Source of the DNA: the human T2T-CHM13v2.0 reference genome, Homo sapiens
Strand: one strand, 5' to 3'
Assembly (NCBI RefSeq): GCF_009914755.1
Contig: NC_060925.1
Length of the DNA stretch: 64,000 nt
Numbering within the stretch: the stretch's first letter is position 1; every line of letters starts with the position of its first letter. The notes beneath the pieces were generated by a model, which saw only the letters and a program-made list of their open reading frames with translations, was not told the DNA's origin and did not search any database. A program made the translations under genes and the position numbers. Below, one piece after another: positions 1 to 19,665 of this stretch.

Positions 1-431
1 GGTTTGGCTCTGTGTCCCCACCCAAATATCATTTTGAATTGTAATCCCCAGTGTTGGAGGTGGGAACTGGTGGGAGGTGATTGGATCTTGGGGGTGGGGA
101 TTTCTCATGAATGATTTAGCACCATACTCTTGGTGCTGTTCTCTTGACAGTGAGTGAGTGAGTGAGTTATTGCGAGATCTGGTTGTTTAAAAGTATGTAG
201 CACATCCTCCTCTCTCTCTTGCTCCTGCTCTTGCCATGTAAGACATGCCTGCTCCCCATTCACCTTCTGCCATGATTGTAAGTTTCCTGAGGCCTCCCCA
301 GAAGCCGAGCAAATGCCAGCATCATGCTTCCTGTGTAGCCTGCAGAACCACGAGCCAATTAAACCTCTTTTCTTAATAAATTACCCAGTCTCAGGTATTT
401 CTTTATAGTAATGTGAGAATGGACCAATACA
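1..431 (+). mobile_element. MaLR solo LTR (MSTA-like), 5' end cut by window
   Basis: ggtttggctctgtgtccccacccaaat...aattaaacctcttttc...aataca, typical MST/THE1 LTR. Confidence 0.85.
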
Positions 432-451
432 TATATTTTGGTTTTTCGGAG

Positions 452-738
452 TTTTTTTGAGAGAGGGTCTCACTGTCACCCGGGCTGGAGTACAGTGGCT
501 CAATCTTGGCTCACTGCAACCTCCACCTCCAGGTTCAAGCGATTCTCCCACCTCAGTCTCGCGAGTAGCTGGGACCACAGGTGCACACCACCATGCCCAG
601 CTAAGCTTTGTATTTTTTGGTAGAGACAGGGTTTCACCATGTTAGTCAACCTGGTCTTGAGCTCCTGACCTCAGGTTATCTGCCTGCCTTAGCCTACCAA
701 AGTGCTGGGATTATAGGTGTGAACCACTGCACCCAGCC
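452..738 (-). mobile_element. Alu
   Basis: Antisense Alu dimer. Confidence 0.9.
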
Positions 739-749
739 AAAGGGACTAA

Positions 750-766
750 TACATACACATACATAT

Positions 767-813
<47 letters not shown>

Positions 814-818
814 TATAT
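750..818. repeat. (TA)n/(CA)n microsatellite
   Basis: tacatacacatacatatatac...tatatatata. Confidence 0.9.
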
Positions 819-2519
819 TTATGTTTATTCTTTCTTGGCGTTCCTGCTGCAGTATGAATCTCTGCCAAGGCCCAGAAAAGTGACTGGGACATAGAATGAA
901 TTCAGGTGTTTGTTGAATGAATTTATTGGTGGTGTGCAGAGTGTTACCATGCTTTGTTGGTTTGTTAATTGAAAGTTTTTAAGTAGAAGAGCTTTTGAAT
1001 TTTGAAAGAATAATTAAAGCTTTCAAAAATTCTAAGATGTAATTTACCTTATACAGATGTAGAAATTGAGCTCTCAAGTTCTCTGTATGTGCTGCCTTCC
1101 CATAAACATTAAACATTGCCATGACACCCAGAGAAGCCCCAGGGAGCCTGGTAAGCAGCCATATACCTGGGGAATATAGCTAGAGAACTTTTGTTTTCTG
1201 CCTCACTCTCAAAAGTGTCTGGATTTGCCCCCTCATTTGTCATATCCCTGTTAACTACAGTCACTACTCTAAACATCTACTTTGGCTCTCTTTCCTTACC
1301 CCTCTTATCTGCTCAGAACCTCCTTACCAGAAAATGTAGCAACTCCACAATCTTTTCCCACCCTTCAAGCACCATATCCTTTTATAGTTTCACTACGACA
1401 GTTTCTGGAGCTCATCAAGTCTTCCCATCCCTCCCTGCTTTTGTTTTGTATTCGTTACTTCCTGGCTGCTTCCCTCTCCCGCTCCAACTTGGAGTCCATA
1501 GTTCATTGTTATAATCATTCCTTTGTAAAGGCTCCTACTTCCCCAGCCCTTCTGTGCCATCATTGCACTTACCTGGCAATCCCTCAACCCTGGGAAAACC
1601 CTACCATCTCTTTTTACATCCTTAAGCATTTGTTGCTTTAATTATTGCCCTCTTTAGATCATTCTTACTACAATACAAACATGAGCTAGAATTTCTAATC
1701 TTAAAAACCTTCTCTTGGTTCTATAGTCCTCTTTAGCTACATTTCTGGGCCGTAACTCTTAGCAAATTTTTACAAAAATGGACTATACTCCTTTCTTTGT
1801 ATGTACACCCTCCCTTCCCACTTTCTTCTGTCCAGCCATCCCACAGCTGCCTCTGCCACTCCATTGAAACTTCTCCTATCAGGATCACCAGAGGACTCCA
1901 GGTTGACAAACCATATTAGTTCTTCCCTATAGCCACCTTATATGACTTCTCAGTCCCTCCTCTCTTCTCTTGGCTTTACTTACACCACATTCTCTGGTTT
2001 TCTTCCCCTCTCACAGTCTGCTCCCTTTCCGCCACCTTTTCAGGGTCTTTTCTCCCTCCCTGACCTTTATAGTTTGATGTCTGTATGACTTCGGCTTGGC
2101 TCTCATCTTCCTCTACATTATTTTCCTATGTAATAGCATCTTCTCCTGTAGTTTAAAATACTGCCTGTATGCTGGTAACTTCCAAAATTTATATACAATT
2201 CAGACCTCTCTGAACATCAGACCTGCATATCCGGTTACCTGCTTAACTCCATTTAGAGGTCTCAAGGTCTCATTGACATTGCAAACTTAACATTTCCAAA
2301 ATGGCAGGTTGCTTTCTATTCCTTCTCTCCAGTTAAATCTATCCAGTTGCTCAAGCTAGAAACCCAGGAGTTATTCTCCATTCATCCCTTCTCTTCACTC
2401 CCATGTCCAATCTAATAGCAAGAAGTCCTGTATGTCATCCCTTTCTCTCACCATCTCCTTGCCTCTAGTCTAGGTCATGGCTGCAGTACACAGCACCAGA
2501 ATTACTGCAGTCACTTCTT

Positions 2520-2817
<298 letters not shown>

Positions 2818-2825
2818 TGCAGTCA

Positions 2826-3119
2826 CTTTTTTTTTTTTTTTTCCTGACAAGGTCTCACTTGTCACCCAGGCGTGCTGTGGCATGATCTCAGCTCACTGCA
2901 ACCTCCGCCTCCCAGATTCCAGCAATTCTTGTGCCTCAGCCTCCTGAGTAGCTGGAATTACAGGCACACGCCACCACGCCTGGCTAATTTTTGTATTTTT
3001 AGTAGAGCTGGATTTCACCATGTTGACCAGGCTAGTCTTGAATTCCTGACCTCAAGTGATCTGCTCGCCTCAGCCTCCCAAAGTGTTGGGATTACAGGCA
3101 TGAGCCACTGTGCCTGGCC
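2826..3119 (-). mobile_element. Alu
   Basis: Antisense Alu dimer. Confidence 0.9.
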
Positions 3120-3208
3120 TGCAGTCACTTCTTAACTGCTTTCCCAATTTCAGTCCGTATTCCCCTCCACTCCATTTTCTACATAGCAGCAAGAACTATT
3201 TTACATCA

Positions 3209-3797
<589 letters not shown>

Positions 3798-4052
3798 TCT
3801 TTGATCTTATCAAATTGTTCTTGTTTTCCATAATATCAAAAACCCGGCATATAAATATATAACAAGTATAAGAGTGTATCGCCTAACTATATTATGGGCA
3901 GATACCTTAATAGTATCTTTCAAATAAAAAAGATACTTGCCAACTTTTAAAATAAATATATATGGAGTGCCTGAGGGAATTTCTTAAGGAGTCCATAGTC
4001 TATCATCAGTCTACCATAATCAGAATAGGAACTATAGTTTATTTTGGAATGG

Positions 4053-5572
<1,520 letters not shown>

Positions 5573-5883
5573 AATGGACAGGCATTCTAAGCCCTTTACA
5601 AATATTAACTCATTTCATTCTTGTAATAACTCTTTGAAGTCGGTACTATTAGAATAAACTTAAAAGTATGAGAAACTGAGGCATGGAGGGCTTTTTGCAC
5701 AAGGTCCCACATCACTCTTTCTTGTCTCGGGTAACCCTGTGATTCACATAGTTGCAGACCACATAGTCACACCGGAAGTTTTTCAGGAAACCTTTCTAGA
5801 CATCTTGTTAAAAACTTACAAAGGGGACAACTTTTGATGTGTAAAACAATTAGGAAGCATGTCCAGAGTCTAAGTGTTCTTTA

Positions 5884-6259
<376 letters not shown>

Positions 6260-6378
6260 TTATAGACTCCAACAACTAGTAAATATTTTTTTCCACTTGT
6301 TTCGTTAAATTTATTTCCATTAAATTGGGAGTAAGATCAAAACAGAATAATGTTTACTGTCATCAGTTTAAGAATAAA

Positions 6379-6790
6379 TGTTGTGCTTACTCCGCAGAGG
6401 CGGATGGATCCACTACTTCTCCCCCCACTGCAAAATTTGGTTAAGATGTGGAAACTGATGATACCATATGTGCACCAGGACGGTACGAAAAGGGTTTATG
6501 ACTCACTTACTGAGGCTTTTTGGGGAGAGCAGGGCAGGCTTCCCATGCAGGTACAAGAATGGCTTGAGAAAGCAGGAAAAGGATACTGGCTCTCCTTTTA
6601 TGGTGATAAGTTGCTGAGTCTGGAGTGAAGGTCCTTATATGCCCCTTCAGCCAGGTCTTGGTTTGAACTTCCCACCTGTTCCAAAGGATGGCTCACTTGG
6701 GCTTTCTTATTAGCTTGCCCTGAGGAAAGGGGTACAGCTTGAAAGCTCTTGGCAGTCAAATATCAAAAATGATGTCAGACTCTTTATTAC
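6379..6790 (-). mobile_element. ERV1-class solo LTR (MER21/MER34/MER39-like)
   Basis: TG...CA termini; reverse complement begins tgtaataaagagtctgacatcatttttgatatttgactgc. Confidence 0.55.
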
Positions 6791-7367
6791 AAATATATTT
6801 TTAAGTGCTTGTCATTGTTTATGTTATGGGGCAAAAATCTTGCATTGTACTAAACACCATGTCACTAATAGTGTGAATAGAAGATTCAGCAGACTAATGT
6901 CAAGAATGTTTTTGGAACCTTGAACACAGGGAATATCCTGTGTGTCTTTTAAAAACACGGAAAATACTTAACATCTCTATTTTGTTTGGGTTAACACTGA
7001 TGATGCTGAAATGTTGGGTATTGATTGCCTGGGTCACTATGGGCAAAGAAGCTTTTTTTGTTTTTGTTTAGTTTTATGATATTACTGATTTCTGTGTTTT
7101 GTCATATTCTTTTTGTATTTTATTAAACATGTTTTTAATAAATGGGCACTCTTATTTTCAAACTTAATAAATAGGACTCATTTTACTATGCATATCCTGG
7201 GTTTTAAATTCTGAGCTAAGAAACAAGAGATAGAAGAACCAAATTTGGGTAAAATTCAGAGTCTTAGATGCCAGAAGCCAGGGAGACGCTGGAAAACAAT
7301 TATTGAGATGTGTTATAGGTTAACTGATAGTTGGAAGACAACATGCCTTTCAGGTTTGTGGTTTACT

Positions 7368-7529
7368 GCCTTTCATTAATTCTGACACAGTTTTTAATAT
7401 TTTAATATCTCTGATATTGGGATATGCCTTACAATTGTTGGCGAGTCATAGCCAGCATTTTTATTTCTTGGGGACACAGAAAATAATGTGTCTTACCCTC
7501 AGTGGTGTCTTCAATTACATGAACTATGA
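7368..7529. mobile_element. TcMar DNA transposon relic (MER104-like)
   Basis: tttaatatctctgatattgggatatgccttacaat...gtcttcaattacatgaactatg resembles the MER104 consensus. Confidence 0.4.
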
Positions 7530-8721
7530 CAATTTTTACACCTTTATAAGTCTTTTAAAATAAAAAATTCATTTATACTTCAGAAAAAATACCTATGATT
7601 AGACCACGAGTTAGGGGAGACTTTGCAGTGGTGATTGCCTTGGAGTTGCCTTGAAGGAAGAGTGGGAGTTGGCCCAACGGGAGTGGGTTGGTGGAGAAGG
7701 CATTCAGACTGAGAGATAGCATATACAGCATATTATAAAGAGTGTGCTGTGTTGGGGAAAGGGCTAGAAGTTTGATGTGGCAAAAATGTAGGCTCTGGGA
7801 TGAGATGAGAATGATAAACTGGCTGGAATGGTAACCTGGAGCCAGCCTTTGAAAGGCTCTGTGTGCCGTGCGAGGGAGTTGAGGCTGTCTTGGCATGTTA
7901 GGCAGCATTGTAAAGCAGCTCTCCCTCCCTGTTTGCATCAGCAAAGGGGTGGGCAGCATTGGCACCAATAACAGAAGAGTGAAGACAATACATATGTCGA
8001 ATAAGATCTCTAGCACAGAGTTCTCCAAAATGGAAAGGGCTGCACCCTGGAATCAGATGGAAGGGAGAACTTTACCAAGGGGGTGCTATTTCCTTCTGCT
8101 CTGTTGTGAATGGAGTTGGGGTTCAGTGGCCTGTTTTAGAAGCCTGTTTGTGGGCAAGCTGTGTGACAAAGTTGTTGAAAAATGAGGAATGGCTTTCAGA
8201 GGGCAGTATTAATCCATTTGGATGGAAATTTAGGAGTGGAACATGTGTTTCTAAGCTGTTTTTGGCTTTTTCCTAAGGGCTATATATTCTTAAATTAAAG
8301 GTGATTTATCATTCTTAGTTTCCTCTAAAATATAACTTTTTGTAGAGGGAGGCTTTATCACAAAATTTAAGAAAAAATAAGTTTGTTATTCTTGCTGTGG
8401 TTTTATTTTTATAAGAAATTTGGGAATTTGATCCTTCATAGCAGAAATTTGTTCAGTTTGGGTCTCCAAACAAGAGACACAGAAAATTTGTTCATCAGAG
8501 AGCCACTGAGATATATAGAGAGTTAGAAGATCAGTCAGGAAACATTAATGGAACCGGAATTATACAATAGAGGAAGAAAACTGCAAATATTTCTGTTGTT
8601 TCAGCCTAATTTTAACACTCATTACCATTTGCAGCCCATAAGCGAATTGTTTTGCATAGAGCCTGCATTGCTAAGCCAGTAGAAGGAACTAGTCTTTTAA
8701 AAACATTTTCTAATTTCATTC

Positions 8722-9008
8722 CCTTTTATTTTTGAGACAGGGCCTCACTCTGTCGTCTAGGCCGGAGTGCAGTGGTGCGATCTCAGCTCACAGCAGCCTC
8801 AACTATCCAGGCTCAGGCAGTCTTCCCATCTCAGTCTCTCAAATAACTGGGATTTACAGCATGAGCCACCATGCCTGGCAAATTTTTAAAAAATGTTTTG
8901 TAGAAACAGGGGTCTCACTATGTTGCCCAGGCTGGTCTAGAACTCCTAGGCTCAAGTGATCCTCCTGCCTCAGCCTCCCGAAGTGCTGAATGAACCACCA
9001 CACCAGGT
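8722..9008 (-). mobile_element. AluJ-type
   Basis: Antisense Alu. Confidence 0.88.
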
Positions 9009-9239
9009 CTTTTATTTCACGTTTAAATAAAAATGTTAGATAGTAGTATGTTGACATAGTTCAAAAGTTAAAAAAGAATACATGATAAAAAGTCTTCCTC
9101 CTAGTCCCCTGTCCCTTTGCTGAGGAACTCAGTGTTAGTATCCTGTGTATGGTTCCAGAGATATTTTATGGAGATGTGAGCAAATCTATAAGTGATAGCA
9201 TCTCATACACATGGTTCTACAGCTGCTTTTTTTTTTAAC

Positions 9240-10300
9240 AGAAGTTTTACTGTGATATAATTCACATACTGTGGAATTCACCCATTTCAGTTGGGATTCA
9301 GTGGTTTTTCAGTGTATTCACAGTGTGTTGCAGCCGTCATTACTTATATAATATTAGAACACTTTCATCACCCCATAAAGAAACCTTATATCCATTAGGG
9401 CTTAGTCCCTCTTCCCCTAGCAACTACTAATCTACTTTCTGTATTAGAAATTTTATATGGATAGAATCAGATAATATGGGGCCTTTTCTGTCTGGCATCT
9501 TTCACTTAGCATAACATTTTCAGTTTTCATTCATGATGTAGCATGTATCAATATTTCATTTCTTTTTATAGCCATAATATTCCATTGTATGAATATACCA
9601 CATTTTGTTTATCTGTTCATAAGATGAGGGACATGTTTTTCTCTTGTGTATATACTTAGGATTGCTATTGCTGAGTCATCATAACTCTGTGTTTAACCAT
9701 TTGAGGACCTGCCAAACTGTTTTTCAAAAGGCTGTATCATTTCTATTCCCATCAACAATGTAGAGAGTTCTAATTTCTCTACATCCTCTCCAGCTACTGG
9801 TTAGTGCCATCTTTTTGATATAGCCATCCTAGCGAGTGTGAAGTGGTATCTCATTGTGGTTCTAATATGCCTTTTTGCTAATGACTTAGTGATCCTTGAG
9901 CACCATTAAGTGCTTATTGGCTATGTATGTCTTTGGAGAAATGATATTCATGTACATTACCCATTTTTAAATTGTTTAATCTTTGCAATGTTGATGGTAA
10001 GTGTTCTTTATATATTTGAATACAAGTCTCATATATGATTTGCAAATATTTTCTCTCATTCTGTGGATGTCTTCTTGCTTTCTTGGTAGTTTAAAGCAAA
10101 AAATTTTAAATTTTGGGTAAGTCCAATTTACCTATTATTTCTTTTGTTACTCATGCTTTTGGTGTGTTATCTAAGAAACCATTGCCTAATACAAGATCAC
10201 AGAGCTTACTCCTATGTTTTTTTCTAAGGGTTTTATAGTTTTAGCTCTTACCTTTAAGTCTATGTTTTATTTGAGTTAATTTTTGTATATGATGTGCTTT
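9240..10300 (-). mobile_element. Old L1M 3' portion
   Basis: tttcacttagcataac, tattccattgtatgaatataccacattttgttta, gtgaagtggtatctcattgtgg. Confidence 0.8.
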
Positions 10301-11584
10301 ACATTTTGTACTTTTCATTTAATAATATCTTGGGAGATCATTCTATTCCAGCACTAAAGAACTTCCTCAGTTTTTCTTATGATACTATAGTATTCTCTTA
10401 TGTTGATATATCATAGCTACTTTAAACAGTCTCTCATTGATGGAGATTTACACAAACATTTGGGTTTGGAAATTATCTCAAAATGACATTGTGGCTTGAA
10501 AGTTGTTTCATATCACCCTTCTCAAAAATACAATTTCATCCATTTCACAGATTTGGTTGTTCCAGGCAACTCATGCTATTCAGAAGCCCTGGAATAAATC
10601 CCAGTCCTTTGGGTAGAATGACCCCAAGGAATTCAAGATATTTCATTCCATTAAATGTTTACAGTAAGTCAGGAAGCAAAAGTTTCTTTCAATTATCTGA
10701 AAATATATGGAAAAATACTTTTGGAGGGACAAGGTGCTCTAAAATTTTGTTGTACCGTCTAAGCTACAGTCAGTTTCAGATGACTTAATGGCATGTGTTC
10801 TTTTACTCTTTTGTTGAATTGTTGTCTGTGTGTATAAATCAAAGTGAGTAGTAATCTAAACTTCAGGCAATACAGGCAGCCAACTCAGTAAGATATAAAA
10901 TATCCAGAGATTATGAAACATATAGGTTTCTTTGTTAAAGAGGAGGCTTAGGGGAAAATCTTGAAATACATCAACACTTTCCTAATCTGCAGAGGCATAT
11001 TTGGCCACTGGAAAGTAAACAAAAAAAGGCTAATAGGAAGCTAAGATTAGTATGGCAAAACCCATTCCTTCAACTTCTTGATCTTTACCTGTAACACAGT
11101 TCTTCACTAAGAGACTATTCTTATTTTATACACTGATCAAGTCAGTGTGATATCACAAAAAAAGAACTTCAGAATTGTTTAAATTCTGTTTCTGTTCTCT
11201 ATGATCTGGATACCTTCAATAAGTTACTTTCCTTTTTTGGGCTAGAGTATTTTCATCTATAAAATGAACGTGAACTAGATGAGTTTTCAAGCCTATAGTA
11301 GAACAATTAATTAGAGGTGAAATAGAGGCTACTACTGGAGGCAAGCTGCAATCAGCAGTGGCCACAGCTGGCCTGATCTGCATGGAGTAGACAGTAAGAA
11401 TGTTAAAAGCATTTACAAAAGTTCAAAAATAATCATGGCTGGAGACATCTGGCTAGGAGCAAATAGTCCGACATACCTGAGTGGCCCCAGAGGGCACACT
11501 AAGTTACATTATGTTCCTAATGTCCACACAAGTTCTGAGCTACCAAATAAAGGTTAAATGGAATACTGTAGTTCTTTCTTTTGC

Positions 11585-12720
<1,136 letters not shown>

Positions 12721-12857
12721 CCATATTATCTTTTTATGAAGACAGAAGGAAAATAATACATTTTAGTAAGAGTCCCATCAAAATGGTTGTGATGTTTAAA
12801 AAAATAACTTCAAGGAACATGGAGTAGTCATTTGACAGATATAATCATGTAGAATTA

Positions 12858-13227
<370 letters not shown>

Positions 13228-15121
13228 TCACATATCTAAAGTCAATTTGCAGGTTTATACATGTAAAAATAATTTCATTTGTTAGTAGTATTGTTTTTGA
13301 AAGATTTAGAGATGAGTCACTCATGGAAATTTTTCTATTTTTCCAGTATTGGAGGCAGAATGAAACTAACAAAAATCCTTTGGGGAAAAAATTATTCCAA
13401 TAAATTTTCCAGTAATTATTCCAAATGTCTCTTCTTTTCCTCCCTTTTTTGTGTATCTTTACAACTCAACCAAAAAGTCCACTGTTACTATATCAAGCCT
13501 GCTTAAGAATCCTCCGTGATGCCCACTTCCTACAGGATCAAGTTCCAGCTCATCTGAATTCAGACTACCTTTTCATCTTAAAACTTTTCCTCTATTCCAG
13601 CCAAATTCATCTTCATAATTCATCTTTAAACATCATCTCATGTTTTTCTGTCTCTGCAAAATGCCCTTTCAATCTATTTTGAGTCTTCTCAGTATACCAG
13701 ATAAAATTCAAGTGCATCTTTCATAAAATATTCCCTGACCTCTTCATTTTTCAAATTTTGACTTTAATTAGCTACATATAGTCTATTTGCTACTTCAGGG
13801 GGATGGTTTAGTAGGAACTTACCTTAGGGAAGATAAGGTGGCATAAATAACAATAAGATACAGACCAGGCAGTGCTGACTCCCTGCTTGGAGGGCCATTT
13901 TCCCATGCCCTGCACTGTGCCATACCCTGCACACTGTAGGACACAAAGTTTGTTGTACACATTCTTGTGTATATTTCCATGTACAGTATCTAATGAGACT
14001 CATCCCACTCAGAACTTAGGACTTATTATATATTCAATAAATGAATTGTTCAGTTGATACTGTCTTTTAAAAATTCTGATAAAGCCAGCATCTCAATAGG
14101 AAGCAGGGGCAGATGTTTCCATTCCTCCCTCATATTTTACTTTCTGTTCAAGGGTGAGTGTTTACACTTTGAACTCTTTCTGGCAGTGATGAATCAGTGC
14201 TGATTAATCAATACTCTTTTGCCAGATTTTTCTAGGAGCCAGAGAGAGCTTGACTGGGGTCAGGCATCCATTTAAGGGCAGGTTGGTTTCCTTATTTTAG
14301 GAAAAAAAATAGTGCTTATATGTTTCATTAATCATAACTTCACTTTACAGGAATCCAAAAAATTTAGTGTTATCTGTTCACTCCTTTTGAAGTGTTCTTT
14401 GAGAGCTCTCTGACCACCAGGAAGTGTAGTAGGTGCTAGGCACACTGAAGCCAAGTAAGGTGTAGTTCCATGGCTCAAGGAGTTGTGAGTCTAACAGGGG
14501 AGCTGAAGTTAATTGCAAGGGAGATTGTGCTTTTCACTGAAAGGTGTGTCTTCGGTAGACTACAGCCATAGAGTCGTGTGAGAATTACTGAAGAGTGTGG
14601 CAGAAGAAAAGGTGGTAAGATCAGGGAGGGCTTTACCAAAGTCACGTTCAGGTGGAGTCTTGAAATTCTGTAAGCTTTCAGAGGTGGGCCTTGTTCCAAG
14701 CTGTGTGAGTATAGCCCTGAGGTAAGCTGGCTGCGTGGCATGTTGAAGGAAGTGAGAGCAAGCTGATACCAGCTCGCCACCAACAGCCTTTGCCAAATGT
14801 AAAGCAGGAAAAGGAGGGTTACTTTGAAAAGCCTAGTGTGCCATGCTGAGAATGATGGACTTTATGAAGCAATGGAGGAGCTTTTAAATGTGTTTTCAAT
14901 AAGAAATTGTCATGGACAAATCAGCATTGAATTCAGATCTCATTAAAAACGTGTCCAAAGGATAACTCGACAGTAAACATATCTCGAAAGTACCCATGGC
15001 TGTAAAAAAGGCGAAGTATTTCTTTCTCCATTTAATTTACCCTCCCCTGGGTGATTGGTTTGTGGTTAGGCCGTTTGTCCAGCTGCAGCAGACTGGTTTT
15101 ACACCCTGAAGTAAACTTGAA

Positions 15122-15821
<700 letters not shown>

Positions 15822-16239
15822 TAGTGCGTATTTCATTTGTTTCCAAAGTACATTTTAAACCATTAAAATCACAATAAAAAATAGCACACACACTTGTGGG
15901 TGGTTATATGAATAATTCGTGGACTTTGGACACCAATGTCCTGTTAACTCAGGCTGCCAGTGCAGTCTTCAGAATAAAGTAGATTTTTGTAATTTCTCTG
16001 CCGACATGTAAACTTATACAAGTGTGTTATTGATTAAGAAGCTGAGTAGAGCACTGCCCTGGTATTTTGAAAAGTTCAGGTTCATGCATGTGCACTAATA
16101 ATGTATTTTACAAGTGAACATACCTATACCTACAGTCAATCAAATGCCAGGCAAGGTGTGGCTCGTCTGCTTCAGGCATGGTCTTATTGTATAATAGCAT
16201 CGTAAGTGAAGTCCCAACATCTCATTTGTATGCTGGGTA

Positions 16240-16640
16240 GTAATTACATGTTTCAAATCACCTGGGGGCCTTTTAAAAATCCTGATACCCAGGCCATACC
16301 CCTTACCAATTAAATCAGAATTCCTGGAGGTAGGGGTGGGACCCAGGCATTAGTATTCTTTTAAGAGTTAGACTGTTTAGAGCAGTTATGGTTTACAGCA
16401 AAATAGAGCAGAAGGTACAGATTTCCCATCTGTCTCCTCCATGGCCTCTCCTATTATTGGTATCCCCCACCAGAGTGATACATTGTTACAGTTGGTGAAC
16501 CTACAGTAACACATCATTATCACCCAAAGACCATTATATTTACGTTAGGGTTCCTTCTTTCTGTTGTACGTTGTATGGGTTTCAACAGATGTACAATGAC
16601 ATATATCTATTATTATAATATCATATAGAGTAATTTAGTA
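16240..16640. mobile_element. MER5A-like fragment followed by L1M 3' fragment
   Basis: aaatcacctgggggccttttaaaaatcctgatacccagg (MER5A-like); catcattatcacccaaag (L1M-like). Confidence 0.55.
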
Positions 16641-17655
16641 TTTTTCAGTAGTTTCAGTAGGCATCAGTATTTTTAAATTTTTAAAAATTTTTTGCTGTAT
16701 TTTGGAGGAGAGGAATATATTCTTATTGCCATCGACCGTAGGCGTATTCTTTCCAATCTCTTGTTCTGTCCTTCTAGTAATAATTGTATTGGCTTTTCTG
16801 GTTTCAGTTAAATTTTGGTTCACATATCTTCAAACATACTATAAACCTGATAAGATTTGAGAGCCCAGAAAGATAAGTTTAAGGTACAGTGGTCTTTTTC
16901 CTGAAGAGCAATTTTAATATGCCATTTCAGCACCTGGGAAGTGTAAAATATGTGAGAGTGTTATTTTCTTATCTATCAGATATGCCTCCAGAGCTTTCAA
17001 CATGTTCTTTATGTTAAGCATTTTAGTCCCCTGTACTCTAGCAGAAGTAAAATCTGATTTTTCCTACCAAAAGTTCCTTATTTTCATCTGCTTGCTAAGA
17101 ACCAAGAAATGTTTGGATGCTTTATGCAGATGATACAATTCAAACTAACTGCAACTGGGGCATTTGTGTTGCCTGCTTCATGTTTTGAGCCTTTAGTATT
17201 TAATGGAAGCCCTGCGCTGTGGAAAGTCTCCTAATAGCACTTTGTGCATCCCAGGGGCCAGCCACGGTGCTTCTGCAGCCGCACTGTAGATGTTTGTTTA
17301 TTTGTCTCCACTAGGCTGTCCAGTACATTTAGAGGCTGAGTCTCAGTGTGTGTTTGAAAGAATGAATGGTTGATTGAAGAAAGGAGACCATTTGCAGGAG
17401 AGAGAGAGAGATGAACAGTACATATATAGAGGAGGGCAAGAAGAAATCCCAGGGCTTTAGAGTCAAGTGATTAGTTCAGTGACTGGCCTGATTCAGGACC
17501 CTTTGAGCATTTCTCATTTGAGAAACAGAAAGATCTTTGTTGGTACAAAAAAGGTTAAGGATAGATATGTGGCCAGCTGGACATCGATCATGAGCGGAAG
17601 GAATTGACTCCGAGAGGGATTTGGTAATCTTGTGTGTTAGTAAAAGTACATGGAT

Positions 17656-17921
17656 TTTTTTTTTTTACAGTCTCACTCTGTCACACAGGCTGGAGTGTAG
17701 TGGCACAATCACAGTTCACTGCAGCCTCAACCTCCCAGGCCCAGGCAGTCCTCCTATCTCAGCCCCCTGAGTAGCTGAGATCACAGGTTTGAGCCACTAT
17801 GCCCAGCTAATATTTTTTTGTCAAGACGAGGGCTGGTCTTGAAACTCCAGGGCTCAAGCCATCCTCCTGCCTCAGCCTCCCAAAATGCTGGGATTACAGG
17901 CATGAGCCACCTTGTCTGGCC
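17656..17921 (-). mobile_element. AluJ-type
   Basis: Antisense Alu. Confidence 0.88.
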
Positions 17922-19361
17922 AGATTTTTTTTTTTTTTTTTTTTTTTTTGGTAATCAAATATTTCAAAAGGTGAGTCTCCTTTGGGGTGATTCTCTCACA
18001 CAGAAAGATGATTCTTGGAGGAAACATATCTAAGCATCCTCCAAGGTAGTGTCAGCATTCAAAGTTGATCCTGAATTATCTCTGCAGACACTTTTTGTGT
18101 TGGGCATTATGCTGAAGCCATTTGTTGTAGAGCAAGTTGATTTTTATGGCTGAGCTTATCTGAATTTAGTTTGATATATTGTATTCTTTATTTATTCATT
18201 CATTGATTCACTGATTCATTCATTTTTCCTGACATTCAAACAAATGTTTCTTGAACACATTGTGAAAGGGCCAGGCATTTGTCAGGTAATGAGGGTATAA
18301 TGGTAAACAAGGTAGACACAGCCCTTTGCCCTCTTGGGGGTGCAGACAGCCGGTCATTTAAGTGGGGTGTGAGGAGAGCATTTACAAGGAAAGGACAGGA
18401 TGTCGGGGAGCACAGGGTGGGGAGTGTGGGGCAGACGCTAGGAGGAAGTCCCTTGAGATTAAGGCCTGAAGCATAACTTTAGACAAAGAGTGCAGAAGAG
18501 TGTGTTCCTGACTAATGAAAAGCTTAGTTTATTAATACTTAGGGCTTGTTGAATGGAGGATACTTTTGCAGCCTTCCCCTACTTTGTGCCATCCAGCCAA
18601 GAGAGGTCCACAATAGCAGCCCTGATTCGCGGGAGGAAAGAGCCCACTTCAGCTGCAGGGTGGCCCTGTTCCCAGGAGAGATTTGAGTCTGACCCCACAG
18701 TGGCAGCAAGGCAGCTCTGTGCCTGTGTTATCTCCACCAGCACACGTCATTGAGTCAGCTTTACTTTATCCAGCCTGATTGTAGAAGTCATAGTAGACAC
18801 TGTGAGGGAATCGTGTGGAATTTTCACTGGAGCATTCTGAAACTTAAAAAGTAAATCTTTTATTGCTTTACTAATGTCTTCCTGTGTCTGTCTTTTTAAA
18901 AATTTTTATTGTAAAAAGTAAAATATATACCAAAGAGTGTATGTGTGTACAGTTTACACTATCAGTATTAAAATGGGCACCCATGTACTCATGACCAGCC
19001 TAGGAAATAAAACATTACCAATAGTGTGTACCTTTCACATCCTGCCTCCTCCACCCTGTCCCAGTTGTAACTACTACCCTGAATTTGTATTTAGTGTTCT
19101 CTTTTGTTCCTCTCTTCTAGTATGTTTTAAAAGGTCATATTTATGCTTATTAGGAGATATTACAGTATCAGACTCTTGCTGTGTACCAACAAAGAACAAG
19201 AGATAGGTCAGAAAGCTGTTTAAATAAATTGCTTGATTGTACTCTTTTAAGCAGGAGTTTATAGTGGTAACATCAAAGTGCTTAAAAAAATTCAAAACAA
19301 AAGCCTTTTTCAGTTTCAAGGAAAACCTTAACAAGGTGTGTTAAAAAGATAAGGTTTTTAG

Positions 19362-19665
<304 letters not shown>

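Noticed and set aside
16635-16823. Minus ORF and small CpG cluster (atcgaccgtaggcgt) that looks foreign
   Set aside because: Short, no recognisable homology, TSD or splice signals
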